Of a DNA stretch of 64,000 nucleotides, positions 45,324 through 57,817 are shown piece after piece. The stretch comes from an uncultured delta proteobacterium (GTDB lineage Bacteria; Desulfobacterota; Binatia; UBA9968), in the NCBI GenBank assembly GCA_963847445.1, contig CAWJZV010000007.1:224001-288000 (forward strand). The letters are read 5' to 3'. The notes under the pieces were generated by a model. The model worked only from the letters and a program-made list of their open reading frames with translations, searched no databases and had not been told where the DNA came from. The translations under genes were made by a program, and so were the position numbers. Position 1 is the stretch's first letter. Each line of letters begins with the position of its first letter.

Positions 45324-46192
45324 TTACTTCAATGCTTCCGCCGTGCCGACGATTTCCAACAGCTCGCGCGTGATCGACGCCTGGCGCGCGCGGTTCATTT
45401 GCAGCGTCAACGAGCCGATCATCTTCGAGGCGTTGCCGGTCGCCGATTCCATCGCGGTCATGCGCGCGCCATGCTCGCTGGCGGTCGCTTCCAACAACGC
45501 CCGCTGCACGGCGACGCCCGTGATGCGCGGTAAAAGACTCGCCAAGAGCTGCTCGACCCCAGGCTCGTACAAATACTCCGTCTGCTGTTGCGCTTGAACT
45601 TCATTGGTCTCGGCCAGGCCACCGGCAGGAGTTTCTCCAGCGTCGGCACTTGGGACAATGCCGAGCGGAAGCGGCTGTAGACGAATGTAAACCGCATCCA
45701 CTTCGCCGCCGACAAACCGGCTGATTAGTTTCTGCGCGATCTCGCCGGCCAATTCGTCCGCCGCTTTGTAGAGAATATCGATGTAGCGGTCGGCAATCTT
45801 GGCGCCGCGCCGGCGAAAATGGTCGCCGCCCTTGCGGCCCGACTAAGGTCAACTCGATCTGCCGATCGTCGTCTGCTGCCGGATAAAGGCCTCCGCCGCA
45901 CGGATCATGTTGGTGTTGTAGCCGCCGCAAAGCCCGCGATCCGAGGTGAATAGCACCAGCTGAATCTTTTTCTCCTCGCGGGGCGTCAGCAGCGGATGGG
46001 CATCACTTGGCGACCCGAGCCGACACATTTTTTAGCAACTCGGTCATCTTCTCGGCGTAGGGCCGGGCTTGCACCGCGGCTTCCTGAGCGCGCCGCAGCT
46101 TGGCCGCCGAGACCATTTTCATGGCCTTGGTGATCTGCTGGGTGTTGCGTAACCGAGCCGATCCGTTTACGTATGACTTTAAGTGTTGCCAT
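45324..46192 (-). CDS. atpG: ATP synthase gamma subunit; frameshifted
   Basis: [15 protein letters not shown] and [11 protein letters not shown]...[12 protein letters not shown]. Confidence 0.95.
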
Positions 46193-46232
46193 GTCTATCG
46201 ATGTCCGGACTACGGGATTAGGGCGTCGGGTG

Positions 46233-46262
46233 ACTCGAAACTCAAACCCGAAACTCGTAACT
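46233..46262 (+). repeat. 7-mer tandem repeat (atpA-atpG spacer)
   Basis: ACTCGAA ACTCAA ACCCGAA ACTCGTA ACT. Confidence 0.6.
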
Positions 46263-46267
46263 AAGCC

Positions 46268-47772
<1,505 letters not shown>

Positions 47773-47782
47773 TGATTACTCC

Positions 47783-48325
47783 TTAATAACCGCGCGCGAT
47801 GCGCTGTTTCATCCTGGCCAATTGCGTTCGCACGCTGCCGTCGTAGATCTTTCCTTCCAGCTCCACTTGCAGGCCGCCGAGCAACTCCGGGTCGACGACT
47901 TGCTGCAAGATCACCTCTTTGCCGGAAAGGCTGCGCAGCTGGCCACGCACGCGCTCGACCAGCGCCGGCTCAAGGGCTGAAGCGCTAATCACTTTGGCGT
48001 CGACCCGGCCGCGCGCTTCGTTGAGCAAGCGGCGATAGCAGTTGACGATGCCGGTCAAGTGGCTCAAGCGATCGCGCTCCAAAAGCAGCGACAGAAACCT
48101 GACGGTCAATGACGATAGCTTTTGACTCTGGGCGACCTGATTAAGGATCTGTTTGCGCGTATCGACGGCGAAAGCGGGATTGGTGAGAACTTGTTGCAGG
48201 GCGGAATTGCTATAGTCCGAAAAAAACTGTTCGACTTCGACGCCGACGGCATCTTCCTGACCGCCGTCGCACGCCAATTGAAACAGCGCCCTGGTGTATC
48301 TGCGTGCTAAGCTGCCTTCGATCAT
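47783..48325 (-). CDS. atpH: ATP synthase delta subunit
   Basis: ARRY..ALF and VDPELLGG..V....DGSV. Confidence 0.93.
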   Translation of the reverse strand: MIEGSLARRYTRALFQLACDGGQEDAVGVEVEQFFSDYSNSALQQVLTNPAFAVDTRKQILNQVAQSQKLSSLTVRFLSLLLERDRLSHLTGIVNCYRRLLNEARGRVDAKVISASALEPALVERVRGQLRSLSGKEVILQQVVDPELLGGLQVELEGKIYDGSVRTQLARMKQRIARGY

Positions 48326-48876
48326 CGCGCCTGTCCAATACTCTGGATAAATTCGTCCGCCAGGCGGTTTTGATCGTCCACCGACAGGTTGCGTTGAAGC
48401 AATGCCCGCGCCGTGGCTTCGGCCTGGATCGCCATGTCCTCGCGGATTTTTTGCCGTGCCATTTTTACTTCCTGATCGGCGAGAATGCTGGCGTCGGCTT
48501 TGATCTTCACCGCCATGGCATTGGCTTCGCCGACGAGCTTAGCTTTGTCGCGCTCGCCTTCATCGCGCAGTGTTGCTTGCAGACTCCGCACTTGCTGGTC
48601 GAGGGCGGCCAACTTGGCTTTGTACTCGTCAACCAGCGCCTGGGCCGCGGCTTTTTTTGCCGAGGCTTGCGCCATCGTGGCGACTACTTGGTCGCGGCGA
48701 TTTTGCAGAAAACTGCGCACTGGGGGGAGTGCGAACTTGATGATAATGAAAGCGTAAATGAGAAAATTGAGGGCCGGAAAGATAACCTCAGTGATCGACG
48801 GAACATGATGTTCAGCGCCGCCGGCGGCCCAAGCCTGGGCGATCGTGAATAGACCGAGAAAATCCTGGCTGGTCAC
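48322..48876 (-). CDS. atpF: ATP synthase F0 subunit b
   Basis: TM segment with LNF motif plus coiled coil; position in operon. Confidence 0.88.
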   Translation of the reverse strand: MTSQDFLGLFTIAQAWAAGGAEHHVPSITEVIFPALNFLIYAFIIIKFALPPVRSFLQNRRDQVVATMAQASAKKAAAQALVDEYKAKLAALDQQVRSLQATLRDEGERDKAKLVGEANAMAVKIKADASILADQEVKMARQKIREDMAIQAEATARALLQRNLSVDDQNRLADEFIQSIGQAR

Positions 48877-49301
48877 CCGACTCTCCTCCCAAGAACTTTA
48901 TGCACCATGTCGGCAGCCACGGCGCTGACTTCCGCCGCGGCCAGACGCTTTTCCTGTTCCATGGCAGCGGCGACTTCCTGTCTGACCTGATCGAGAGTCC
49001 GGGTGGCCTCGTCACGCGCCTGGCCCAAGATCTTTTCGCGCTGCTGGCGCGCATCCTGATTGATCGCCTCTTTGGCCGCGTAGCCCACGGCTTGGCCCTG
49101 GGCGATTTGCTCATCGAACTGGGCCTTGAGCTTGGCGCCCTCATGCTCCAAGTCCACCGAATCATGCTGCGCCCCGGTGGTTTTATGCTCGCGCTCTTCC
49201 AGCAAACGCAAATACGGCTGAAATAGCAGCTTATTGAGAATCAGCCAGAGAACGACAAACAGGACGATCTGATAGACTATGCTGTAATCAAGGTGAATCA
49301 T
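48873..49301 (-). CDS. ATP synthase F0 subunit b'
   Basis: Q..LF..L..ILNKLLF.P..ERE plus coiled coil. Confidence 0.88.
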   Translation of the reverse strand: MIHLDYSIVYQIVLFVVLWLILNKLLFQPYLRLLEEREHKTTGAQHDSVDLEHEGAKLKAQFDEQIAQGQAVGYAAKEAINQDARQQREKILGQARDEATRTLDQVRQEVAAAMEQEKRLAAAEVSAVAADMVHKVLGRRVG

Positions 49302-49465
49302 GGATCAACGACCGCTTTCAAACATGCTCTCACTTGGGTTCCGCTGCATCCGCAATGGCGCAACCCAGTACCCAATTAATAAAAAACCTACATTCTCGAT
49401 TGAACGTAGGATCTAGGATCGGGAGGTGACGGACAGCGAACCGAAGTCTAATTCTGACAATCAGA

Positions 49466-50022
49466 TTACAGCTTAGGCGCTGCAGCCACAGCGGCTTTAT
49501 CGGCGCTTGGGCTGCGGGAACCTGCGACTTCACCCTTTTGCTTCGCAACTCCCATGGAGCAGTCACCGTCAAGCACCACGCCCTCGGTGATTAGCAGCCG
49601 GGGCGCGTCGATGTTGCCGATCAAGCGGGCCGGTGCCAACAGCTCGATCCGTTCCTTGGCGGTGACATTGCCTTCGACTCTGCCGCGGATAATCACGACT
49701 TGGGCGGTGATCTTCGCTTTCACTTCCGCTTCCTCGCCGATGGTGAGGATGCCCTGGCAATTAATCTCACCGTCGACCTTGCCATCGATGCGCGCCGGCC
49801 CTTGAAAGCTTAACTCACCGGTGACGCGGCTGCCTTTATATAGATAACCGACCAAACCCGCAGTTGTCTGCGGCGGGGCGGCGGTACTTCTATCTTGGCA
49901 GCAGGCGGCACTGGAGCTGCGCTTACTGGAACAGGCTCTGGCGCTGGTTTCGCTGCTTGTGCCACGCTTTGCGGCTCCGTTTCGGTTTTTTTTCCGCCAG
50001 AGTTTTTATCAAACCAAGCCAT
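49466..50022 (-). CDS. Bactofilin (polymer-forming cytoskeletal protein) with Pro/Ala-rich N-terminus; frameshift ~49865
   Basis: G.LSF.G.ARIDG.V.GEI...LTIGE.A.V.A.I...G.VEGNV.A...I.EG....G.CSM. Confidence 0.9.
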
Positions 50023-50054
50023 TTTTTGGTTCTCCCCGTGGTTGGGCAGAGTTT

Positions 50055-50083
50055 CCTATAACATCCGAGAATCTCATTGTCAA
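50055..50083 (-). promoter_or_regulatory. Putative sigma70 promoter of bactofilin
   Basis: TTGACA-N17-TATAGG with extended -10 TG. Confidence 0.5.
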
Positions 50084-50327
50084 AACGCAGTAGCGGAAAC
50101 CAACAAGGCTTGTTTGCTGGCCGACGGTCCGCATGCACCCCTTGATCCAACTAAATCTCGAAAGCCAGAAAAGGCCACTCTCGGCCATCCCGAAAATCGA
50201 CAAATTGCGGCATGTTCTTGACCGCTTGCGCCACTTTGTTTAGCTTAGAGCGATAATTCGATATGAACAATTTCTGTTTACTCACTAAGGGCGATCTCCT
50301 GGTCCTAGCCTGTATCGCCCAGCTATC

Positions 50328-50599
50328 GTCGCCATCGTGCGCGGCGTGATTCATACCCGCGACTATCCCGAAGATGCGATCCACCATGATGAAACATTGG
50401 CGCATGGAGCGGCGAAGTGTCTGTGGACGCTGACAATTTAGTGAAAGAAGCGCTGCAACCCGTGCCCACAGAAAAGGGCGTCGAACTGATGGCCCAATGA
50501 CAAGCCGTGGCGCTCAATACCAAACCGAGGCGGCCGGTGCGCGAATATATGGACCTGCGCTTCGTCAATGAAGTGATGGCCGAATTAACTCAGAAATAA
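50328..50599 (+). pseudogene. 3' remnant of an NMT1/SsuA-type substrate-binding protein gene
   Basis: AIVRGVIHTRDYPEDAI...[54 protein letters not shown]; in-frame TGA at 50498, no 5' part. Confidence 0.65.
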
Positions 50600-50615
50600 T
50601 CAACAGGAGGCAAGA

Positions 50616-51212
50616 GTGAAAAGAATATTTATCGTCGCCATGCTGTGCGCCGTTTTTGGGCTCGGTAACCAGGCCAATAGCCAAGAAAAAAAAGGGCCGC
50701 TTTACGCCACGCTGAAAACCAGCATGGGCGACATCGTGATTCAGCTGTTCGACGAAAAAGCGCCCAAGACGGTGGCCAACTTCGTCGGCCTCGCCACGGG
50801 CACAAAAGAATGGACCGATACCAAGAGCGGCGAGAAAGTGAAGAAGCCGCTGTATAACGGCACGATCTTTCACCGCGTCATCCCCGGCTTCATGATTCAA
50901 GGCGGAGATCCCTTGGGCAACGGCACCGGCGGGCCGGGTTTTCGCTTCGAGGATGAATTCCATCCCGACCTGCGCCACACCAAAGGCGGCGTCCTGTCGA
51001 TGGCCAACGCCGGGCCGAATACCAACGGCAGCCAATTCTTCATCACCCTCGCGCCGACCCTGCACTTGGACAACCGCCACAGCGTATTTGGTGAAGTGGT
51101 CAAGGGACAGGAAGTCGTCGTTGCCATCGGCGCCACCCCGCGCGACGGACGCGACCGGCCGAGCAAAGATGTCGTAATCAAAGAAGTGGTGATTTCGCGC
51201 GGCAGCTTTTGA
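50616..51212 (+). CDS. Cyclophilin-type peptidyl-prolyl isomerase with signal peptide
   Basis: [22 protein letters not shown] and [17 protein letters not shown]. Confidence 0.95.
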   Translation: MKRIFIVAMLCAVFGLGNQANSQEKKGPLYATLKTSMGDIVIQLFDEKAPKTVANFVGLATGTKEWTDTKSGEKVKKPLYNGTIFHRVIPGFMIQGGDPLGNGTGGPGFRFEDEFHPDLRHTKGGVLSMANAGPNTNGSQFFITLAPTLHLDNRHSVFGEVVKGQEVVVAIGATPRDGRDRPSKDVVIKEVVISRGSF

Positions 51213-51245
51213 GTCTTCAGCGTTGCCGTCCAACAGGAGAAAGCG

Positions 51246-52218
51246 ATGAAACTCCGCCGCACCGCGATGTTGGTTCTATTGATAACGTCGGTCGTGGCTA
51301 GGATCGGCTTCGCCGCTGAAACATCTCTGCTCCAGGCCACCGCAGTCTATGGCGTCATCGCCACCGATCCGATTTATCTGTGGATCGCTCAGGAGAGAGG
51401 CTTCTTCAAAAAGAACGGCCTCACCATCGACCTCACCCATATTCCAACCACCCAGGCGGTGCAGGCTTTGGTCAGCGGCAAGATTCACTTCACCACCGCC
51501 GGCCCGCAAATCATCGAAGCCAATCTCGCCGGCGCCGACACGGTTTACATTTTGAGTCCGGTCAATACGTTTCGTCTTCTCGCTTTATAGCAAGCCGGAA
51601 ATTACCAACATGAAAGGTCTCGCCGGCAAGACCATCGGCGCGACCAATAAGGGAACGCCCACCGACATCGCCGGACACATGGTTGTCGCGCAGAGCGGCC
51701 TCAAGCCGGATATCGATGTCAAATTCGTTTATCTGAAGGAACTCCCCGCCCTGGTCGCCGCGTTGCAGCAAGGTATCATCGATTCGGCAATTCTCTCGGC
51801 GCCGAGCACGCTCACCGCGCGCAACTTCGGCTTAAGAGAGCTGCTCAATATCACCGCGTTGAAAATTCCTTTCGTGCAGCACTCGATCGGCACGACGCGC
51901 TCGTTCATCAACGCCAACCAAGATCTGGTGCGGCGCTTTGTCCGCAGCGCGGCTGAAGGAATTGACTACGCGCGCAAGAACCGCGCCGACGCCATTACGA
52001 TCATGTCCAAATATACCAAGATCACCGACCCCGCCCAGCTGCAAGAATCGCTGTCAACCAATGAGCCGGGGTGGGAGCGCATTCCGACACCGAACCAAGC
52101 GGCCATCGAAGCCGTGTTGGCGGCGTCGCCAAACCCAAAAGCAAAAGAGGCCAAATGGGATCAGTTCATCGACGACCGGTTTGTCAAAGAATTGGTCGCC
52201 GCGGGGGTGTTTAAATAG
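51246..52218 (+). CDS. ABC substrate-binding protein, NMT1/SsuA type; frameshift ~51575
   Basis: Signal peptide, WIAQERGFFKKNGL, ALVSG and FIDDRFVKEL. Confidence 0.85.
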
Positions 52219-52240
52219 GGCAGACCTGCGTGTCTGCCCT
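52215..52240. repeat. REP-like palindrome overlapping a stop codon
   Basis: AT-AGGGCAGAC-CTGCGT-GTCTGCCCT; resembles GTAG-type REPs. Confidence 0.6.
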
Positions 52241-52264
52241 GAATTTCATTCACCGCCAGACTAG

Positions 52265-53338
52265 TCATTCCAAGTCATACGGCACGCCGACCTGTTCGCT
52301 GACCGCTCTCAATCCCTTGAGCACCGAACCGTGCAGCGGAATGCCGCGTTCCGATCTTTCCTCGGCGGTTTCAAATTCAATTTCCCCAGCCACGTAGACT
52401 CGGCTCTCGCCTTCGACTGGCGGCGTCGATTTTAACTCGCGGATCAGCCGGTCCATGTCGGCTGTGAATTCCGCGGCTGGGCGAAATGCTGCCGGGTTAA
52501 TCGCGCCGAAAAAGTGGCCGCGCGGTTCTTGGTTGGCATTCAAAGCCGTGACCGTGCCGGTGAGCACGCCGCAGAGAATTTCCACGAGGATGCCTAAACC
52601 GTAGCCTTTATGGCTGCCGCTCTCGCGCGAGCCGCCAAGCGGCAACAAACGACGCGCCCGCTGCGCCACTTTGGGATCCGTCGTCGGTTCGGCTTTTTCG
52701 TTCAATGCCCAGCCCGTCGGAACCGGCTTGCCCAGGCGAATCGCCAATTCCAATTTGCCCGCCGCCGCAGTGGTGGTCGCCATGTCGAGGACGAAAGGTT
52801 TTTCGTCTTTTGCCGGCACGGCAAAGCTGATCGGATTGGTGCCGAAGCGCGCTTCGCGGCCAAAGGTCGGCACCACTTGCCGGCTCGCGTTGGTCATGGC
52901 GATGCCGATCATGTCATGAGGCAACGCGAGCATGGAATAATAGGCCGACATGCCGTAGTGCCGGCTATTACGAACCGTGACGATGCCGACACCCGACTCT
53001 TTGGCCTTGTTAATCGCCAGCTCCATCGCCCGGTGGCCGGCGACGAAGCCCATGCCATTGTCGGCATCGAGCAGCGCGGTGGACGCATTCTCCGTGACGA
53101 CGCGAATATTCGGCTTCGCCGTCATCGCGCCGTCGCGCAGCCACTTCACATACCAAGCGTGCGGGTTGAAGCGAATCACGCCATGGGTATCGACGCCGCG
53201 CAAATCGGATGCCACCAGGACATTGGCGGCGATCTCGGCGTCGCCCGCCGGCACGCCGAGTTTTTCAAATGAACGGCTGACGAAGCGAATCAGTTTCTCA
53301 TGATTGATACGGGTCATACCGGTTGCATCGGTGGCCAT
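52265..53338 (-). CDS. Ldh_2 family (malate/L-lactate/sulfolactate-type) oxidoreductase
   Basis: DLRGVDTHG, RNSRHYG, FGTNPI, LDMATT and HKGYGL. Confidence 0.92.
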   Translation of the reverse strand: MATDATGMTRINHEKLIRFVSRSFEKLGVPAGDAEIAANVLVASDLRGVDTHGVIRFNPHAWYVKWLRDGAMTAKPNIRVVTENASTALLDADNGMGFVAGHRAMELAINKAKESGVGIVTVRNSRHYGMSAYYSMLALPHDMIGIAMTNASRQVVPTFGREARFGTNPISFAVPAKDEKPFVLDMATTTAAAGKLELAIRLGKPVPTGWALNEKAEPTTDPKVAQRARRLLPLGGSRESGSHKGYGLGILVEILCGVLTGTVTALNANQEPRGHFFGAINPAAFRPAAEFTADMDRLIRELKSTPPVEGESRVYVAGEIEFETAEERSERGIPLHGSVLKGLRAVSEQVGVPYDLE

Positions 53339-53491
53339 GAAATCCTCCCAGAGATTACTTGCGCACACCTATCTTTGATCTTGTTCCTCTGTCAACCCCG
53401 CTTGACGCTCCAACCGCGTTTCCCTATGTTACCCACAGCCGAAGAGATCTCGCTATGGCCACTTCTCAGCCGATCGCAGGAGACTTTGCTG

Positions 53492-54527
53492 ATGATGAAA
53501 TTGTTCGATTCGCCAGCGCGACTGACTCTCGCCGCTATCTGCTGCGCTCTAATCGCCGTCGTCAGAGGTCGCCAATATCGGCGCCGCCGAATTGCCCCTG
53601 GTGCGCATCGCCCACGGCGCTTTCAGCGAAAAAGTCGTCGCATTATGGCTAGGCAATGAACAAGGTCTGTTTCGCAAGCATGGCGTCAACGTCGAAGTCA
53701 TCAACATCCGCAGCGGCCCGCAGACCATGGCGGCGCTGGTTTCCGGCGACATCCAAGTCGCCTACACCATTCCTGGATCGGTCGTCAGCGCCGCAACCGG
53801 CGGTTTAGACGTCGCGTTCTTCGCCGGCATCGTCAACAAAGCCGACGGCGATTTCATTGCCGGGACGAGCATTCGCAGCGCCGAGGATTTAAAAGGCAAA
53901 CGGATCGGTGTGCAGAGCATCGGCGGCGGGGTCTGGTCGATGGCGATGCTCGCCATCGAGCATCTCGGTTTGGAACCGAATCGAGATAAAATGACGATCA
54001 TGGTTATCGGCGACTCGCCGGTGCTGGCGCAATCGCTGGAATCCGGCGGCATCGAAGCGACCTATCTCAATTACACCCACAGCCGGGCACTGAAAGAGAA
54101 GGGTCTTCCGGTTCTACTCGACTTGGGCAAGGCGCCGATTCCCTATCAAGGACTCGCGGCGGCGACCCGGCGCGGCTATCTCAAGCAAAATCCCCAGATC
54201 GTCGATTCACTCATGCGCGGCTTTGTCGAAACCGTGGCGTTTATTCACAAGCCGGGAAACAAGGAAATCGTCATCAAGTCTCTGGTTAAAAATCTACGCT
54301 TAAGAAGCAGCCAAGACGCGGAGATCGGCTACGCGGCATTGCAATGGTTGTACAACCTCGATATCAAGCCAACCATCCCTGGCATTCAAAACATGGCGCG
54401 CTTCCTCGCCCTGTCGAATCCAAAAGTAAAAACCGTGAAAAGCGAAGACGTGGTCGACGAAGCGCCCTGGCAACGTTTGGAAAAAAGCCCGTTCTATCGG
54501 GAAGTGCTGGCCGCTGCTAAAAAGTAA
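53492..54527 (+). CDS. ABC substrate-binding protein, NMT1/SsuA type; frameshift in signal region
   Basis: GLFRKHGVNVE, ALVSGD and DLKGKRIGV. Confidence 0.85.
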
Positions 54528-54574
54528 AGCGTCGTCCTGGCCGATCTATCCGCAGAACTACAACTATTGCGAGT

Positions 54575-55580
54575 TTATCTGATCCCCAGATACTCGTTGT
54601 AAACCTTCATGTACTTGTCGTAGCCGCCCTCAGCGCGGATGACATGTGCGGTACCGCTTTCCATGAGCTGATCGATATCCTTGGACTGGCTTCTGACGCC
54701 TTTTCTGAGGGGAATTTTTCCCGCCGCTGCCAGGGCTCGTTGCCCTTCAGCGGAGAGATAGAAATCGATGAGGATCTGCGCCGCCAGCAGGGTGTAGGGG
54801 ATTTTTCACCATGGCTATGGTGGAAATAGTCGCCAGGGTCTGCGTCGCGGGTAGCCAATCCACCGGCGCCTCTTTGCGTTTCATCGCTTCGAGTTTGGAG
54901 ACCTGCATGAAACCGGTGAGCGGGTATTCGCCCGCGGCCATCATGTTGATCGTGTGGCTATAGCCTTCGACTAACCTTAAGTCCTGCTGGCTGAGTTTTT
55001 TGAAATAAGCCGTGCCCTGCTCGTCACCGCGCAGCGATACCATACCGGTCAGTGGGTAGGGCACACCGCGGTTAACGGCGATTTGACTCTTGTACTGCGG
55101 CCGCAAGTAATCGTCATAATTTTTCGGCACCGCGGACTTCGCAAGTAGCCGGGGATTGAAGCCGGTGACGAGCAAATCGGTGGTTATGCCGGACCAGAAT
55201 CCGTCACTATCCCACGCGCCTGACAGCAGATTCTTGGTTTCCGCCGAGCGATACTGGCCCAGCACGCCCTGTTGCTTAAGATAAAGCAGCGGCTCGGGGC
55301 TATTGCCCAAAACATCGCCCTGAACGCGGCCGGCGCGAAACTCCTGCATCACCCGCGCCGTTTGCCGCGATGAACTGAGATAAACATGACGGAGATTGAG
55401 ACCGGGATATTTTTCTTTAAAAGCTTTGCTGAAATGCTCGAAGTCGCCCACGGTCATGGTCGTGTAGAGAATGACCTCGCCGCCTTCCTTCTTCGCCTGA
55501 TTCACCAGCTCGACCGACTGCGCCCAAGCGATGGTCGGCAAGAAAATAGCCAGCAATAATAGAATTTTTGCAGTCATCAT
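54575..55580 (-). CDS. Extracellular solute-binding protein (AfuA/Fe3+-thiamine cluster); frameshift ~54790
   Basis: AKKEGG.V.LYT, E.RAG...DV, AAGEYP and P.HP.AA..IDF.LS.EGQ. Confidence 0.85.
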
Positions 55581-55597
55581 GCCGTTCTCCTTCAGCG

Positions 55598-56614
55598 CTA
55601 ACGCTTATTCACCTGTTCGATAAAGCCCGACGCCGAGATCTTCTGGACGATGGAATTGTCGTAAAACTCCTGCGGTTTCATCGACTTTGCTTTGGGACTC
55701 TTCGACACATCGAGCACCGCCTGCACTTCCGCCGCCGTCATCAGCGGCGTGACTGGAAACACATTGCGGTACTCATCATAAACCGACTCCAGCACTTCGC
55801 GGTCGGTGGATTTAAGAAAGCGCCCCATGGCTTTCACCGCGGCTTCCTTGTCGCGCCGAATAAGCGCCATGGATTCGATATAGGCGCGCAAAAAACGCGT
55901 CAACGCTTCGTTCTTTTCGCGCATGACCCTAGGCGACGACAACATGCCGGTAAAAAGAAAGGGTATCTTGAGGTCGGCGACATCGACCAGCATCTTGAGT
56001 CCAGCCGCCTTGGCCTTCAACGACATCGGCGCACCCAAGATGCCCGCGGCGGCGTTGCCGACATTCACCGAATTAAAAACGTTGGTCGTGTCCTGGGCGT
56101 AGAGGATGCGCACGTCCTTGTCCGGCTCCAGGCCGTTTTTCCGCAGGAGGATGCGCGAGGCATAGTCAGTTGACGCAGCCGGCTGTGTAGCGGCAAATAC
56201 TTTGCCCTTTAGGTCCGCAATCGTCTTAATCTCCGGCCGGGCGTACACTTGAAAAACAAACGTCGGCAAACCGCTGGCGATATAATTCAAGTCAGCCCCT
56301 TCGATCTTCGCGTCGATCCCCTGATTGCCGACAAAGCCCACTTCCTCGCCGCCGCCGACCATCGCTTGAACGGCGGAAGTCGCCGCTAAGTATTTCACAT
56401 CGACGTTGACGCCATGCCTGATGAACAGTCCGGCGTCCGCCGCCACCCAGATCGGCGCCATGACGCCGCTGATGGCGTTGTAAACCGCGCGCAAGGTGTG
56501 TTCCTGAGCTGATGCTCTGTTGCTGAAACCAACCGCGCCGGCAACCAGTGCTATCAAGATGAACCCTCTGATCGTTTTCAATGGCAAACTCCAAGGGATT
56601 TTGCCCGCCACCAT
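55598..56614 (-). CDS. ABC substrate-binding protein, NMT1/SsuA type
   Basis: WVAADAGLF..HG, DLKGK, GLEPDKDV and FYDNSIV. Confidence 0.87.
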   Translation of the reverse strand: MVAGKIPWSLPLKTIRGFILIALVAGAVGFSNRASAQEHTLRAVYNAISGVMAPIWVAADAGLFIRHGVNVDVKYLAATSAVQAMVGGGEEVGFVGNQGIDAKIEGADLNYIASGLPTFVFQVYARPEIKTIADLKGKVFAATQPAASTDYASRILLRKNGLEPDKDVRILYAQDTTNVFNSVNVGNAAAGILGAPMSLKAKAAGLKMLVDVADLKIPFLFTGMLSSPRVMREKNEALTRFLRAYIESMALIRRDKEAAVKAMGRFLKSTDREVLESVYDEYRNVFPVTPLMTAAEVQAVLDVSKSPKAKSMKPQEFYDNSIVQKISASGFIEQVNKR

Positions 56615-56836
56615 ATCAACCGCGGAAAAATCTTTCTAGCTCAAAAATGAGTCAACTTGGTTCGAATCACGAATCACCCTCTGAGGCGCGGAGGAGTTCT
56701 GAGGAGTGATCATGTAACCAAGGCTCGGCTGATTGTGCCAATAATTTCTATGATATACTCGGAACAAGTGCCTCTCTATGTTTGATCTGCTGAGCTCGAT
56801 CGATGGGGCTGCTCCGAGATCCATCGCTGCCAATCT

Positions 56837-57757
56837 ATGCCGGATTATCTGACGCTTGCATTAGGGGCGGCCCTGGCCGCGGTTGGAGGTGAACTCTTTA
56901 TCCGCGGCGCCGTTGGCCTGGCCCATTGGGCCCGGGTTTCGCCTGGAATTATCGCCAGCACCGTGGTGGCGTTCGCTACCTCCAGCCCCGAGTTAGCTGT
57001 TTCGATCAGCTCCGCGCTGGCAGGAAAACCGCAGATCTCACTCGGCGACGCCTTAGGAAGTAACGTGGTGAACGTCGCACTCATACTCGCCTCTGCGGTC
57101 GCTATATCTGGTATTCAAACCCCGCGCTGGAGTCTGACCCGGGACTTTCCGGTGGCCCTGTTAATTCCAGTGATCACCCTGGTCTTGCTGTTAGATGGAG
57201 TGCTTTCTCGCATTGACGGTTGTTTGCTGATGGGAATGTTCACCGCTTGGTTAATCGCCGTCATCATCGACGCCCGCAAACAACGAAGCTCAGCCGACAA
57301 AATCCTCGGGGAGCAGCGCGGTATGCTTGCGGCAATCTTGAGCATCGCTGGCCTTGCCTGCCTAATCGCAGCCGGTCGTCTCGTCGTCAATGGAGCCAAA
57401 GGGATTGCTATTGCCTTCGGTCTCGACGAATTCACCATCGGCGCCACGGTGGTTGCGGTGGGAACTTCGCTCCCGGAATTAGCGACCACGATCATTGCCA
57501 AACTTCGTGGCCATGACGAAGTCGGCGTCGGCACCATACTCGGCAGCAACATTTTCAATGGTCTGTTAATCGTTGGCGTCGCAGCGATCATCCATCCCAT
57601 CGCCGTAGGTTGGCGGGAAGTCGCTGGCGTCCTAATCTTCGGTATGCTGGCTGTCGCGCTTACCTTCCCAAACGGTCGTGGTTTCATCGAGCGAAGGCGT
57701 GGCCCCTTAATGCTAGCGCTTTACGCCGCCTTTCTGATCACGGTCCTCCAGCGCTAA
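56837..57757 (+). CDS. Calcium/sodium antiporter (CaCA, YrbG-like)
   Basis: Two alpha repeats: ATSSPEL..GSNVVN and GTSLPEL..GSNIFN. Confidence 0.92.
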   Translation: MPDYLTLALGAALAAVGGELFIRGAVGLAHWARVSPGIIASTVVAFATSSPELAVSISSALAGKPQISLGDALGSNVVNVALILASAVAISGIQTPRWSLTRDFPVALLIPVITLVLLLDGVLSRIDGCLLMGMFTAWLIAVIIDARKQRSSADKILGEQRGMLAAILSIAGLACLIAAGRLVVNGAKGIAIAFGLDEFTIGATVVAVGTSLPELATTIIAKLRGHDEVGVGTILGSNIFNGLLIVGVAAIIHPIAVGWREVAGVLIFGMLAVALTFPNGRGFIERRRGPLMLALYAAFLITVLQR

Positions 57758-57817
57758 GCATCGTTAGCGCGCGACGCGAGCAGGGTGCGTCGTGGAACGC
57801 TGGATTTGCGCCGAAAT

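Noticed and set aside
50498-50500. In-frame TGA as selenocysteine or recoded Trp
   Set aside because: It lies in a truncated non-redox gene fragment, and TGA is used as a normal stop throughout the window
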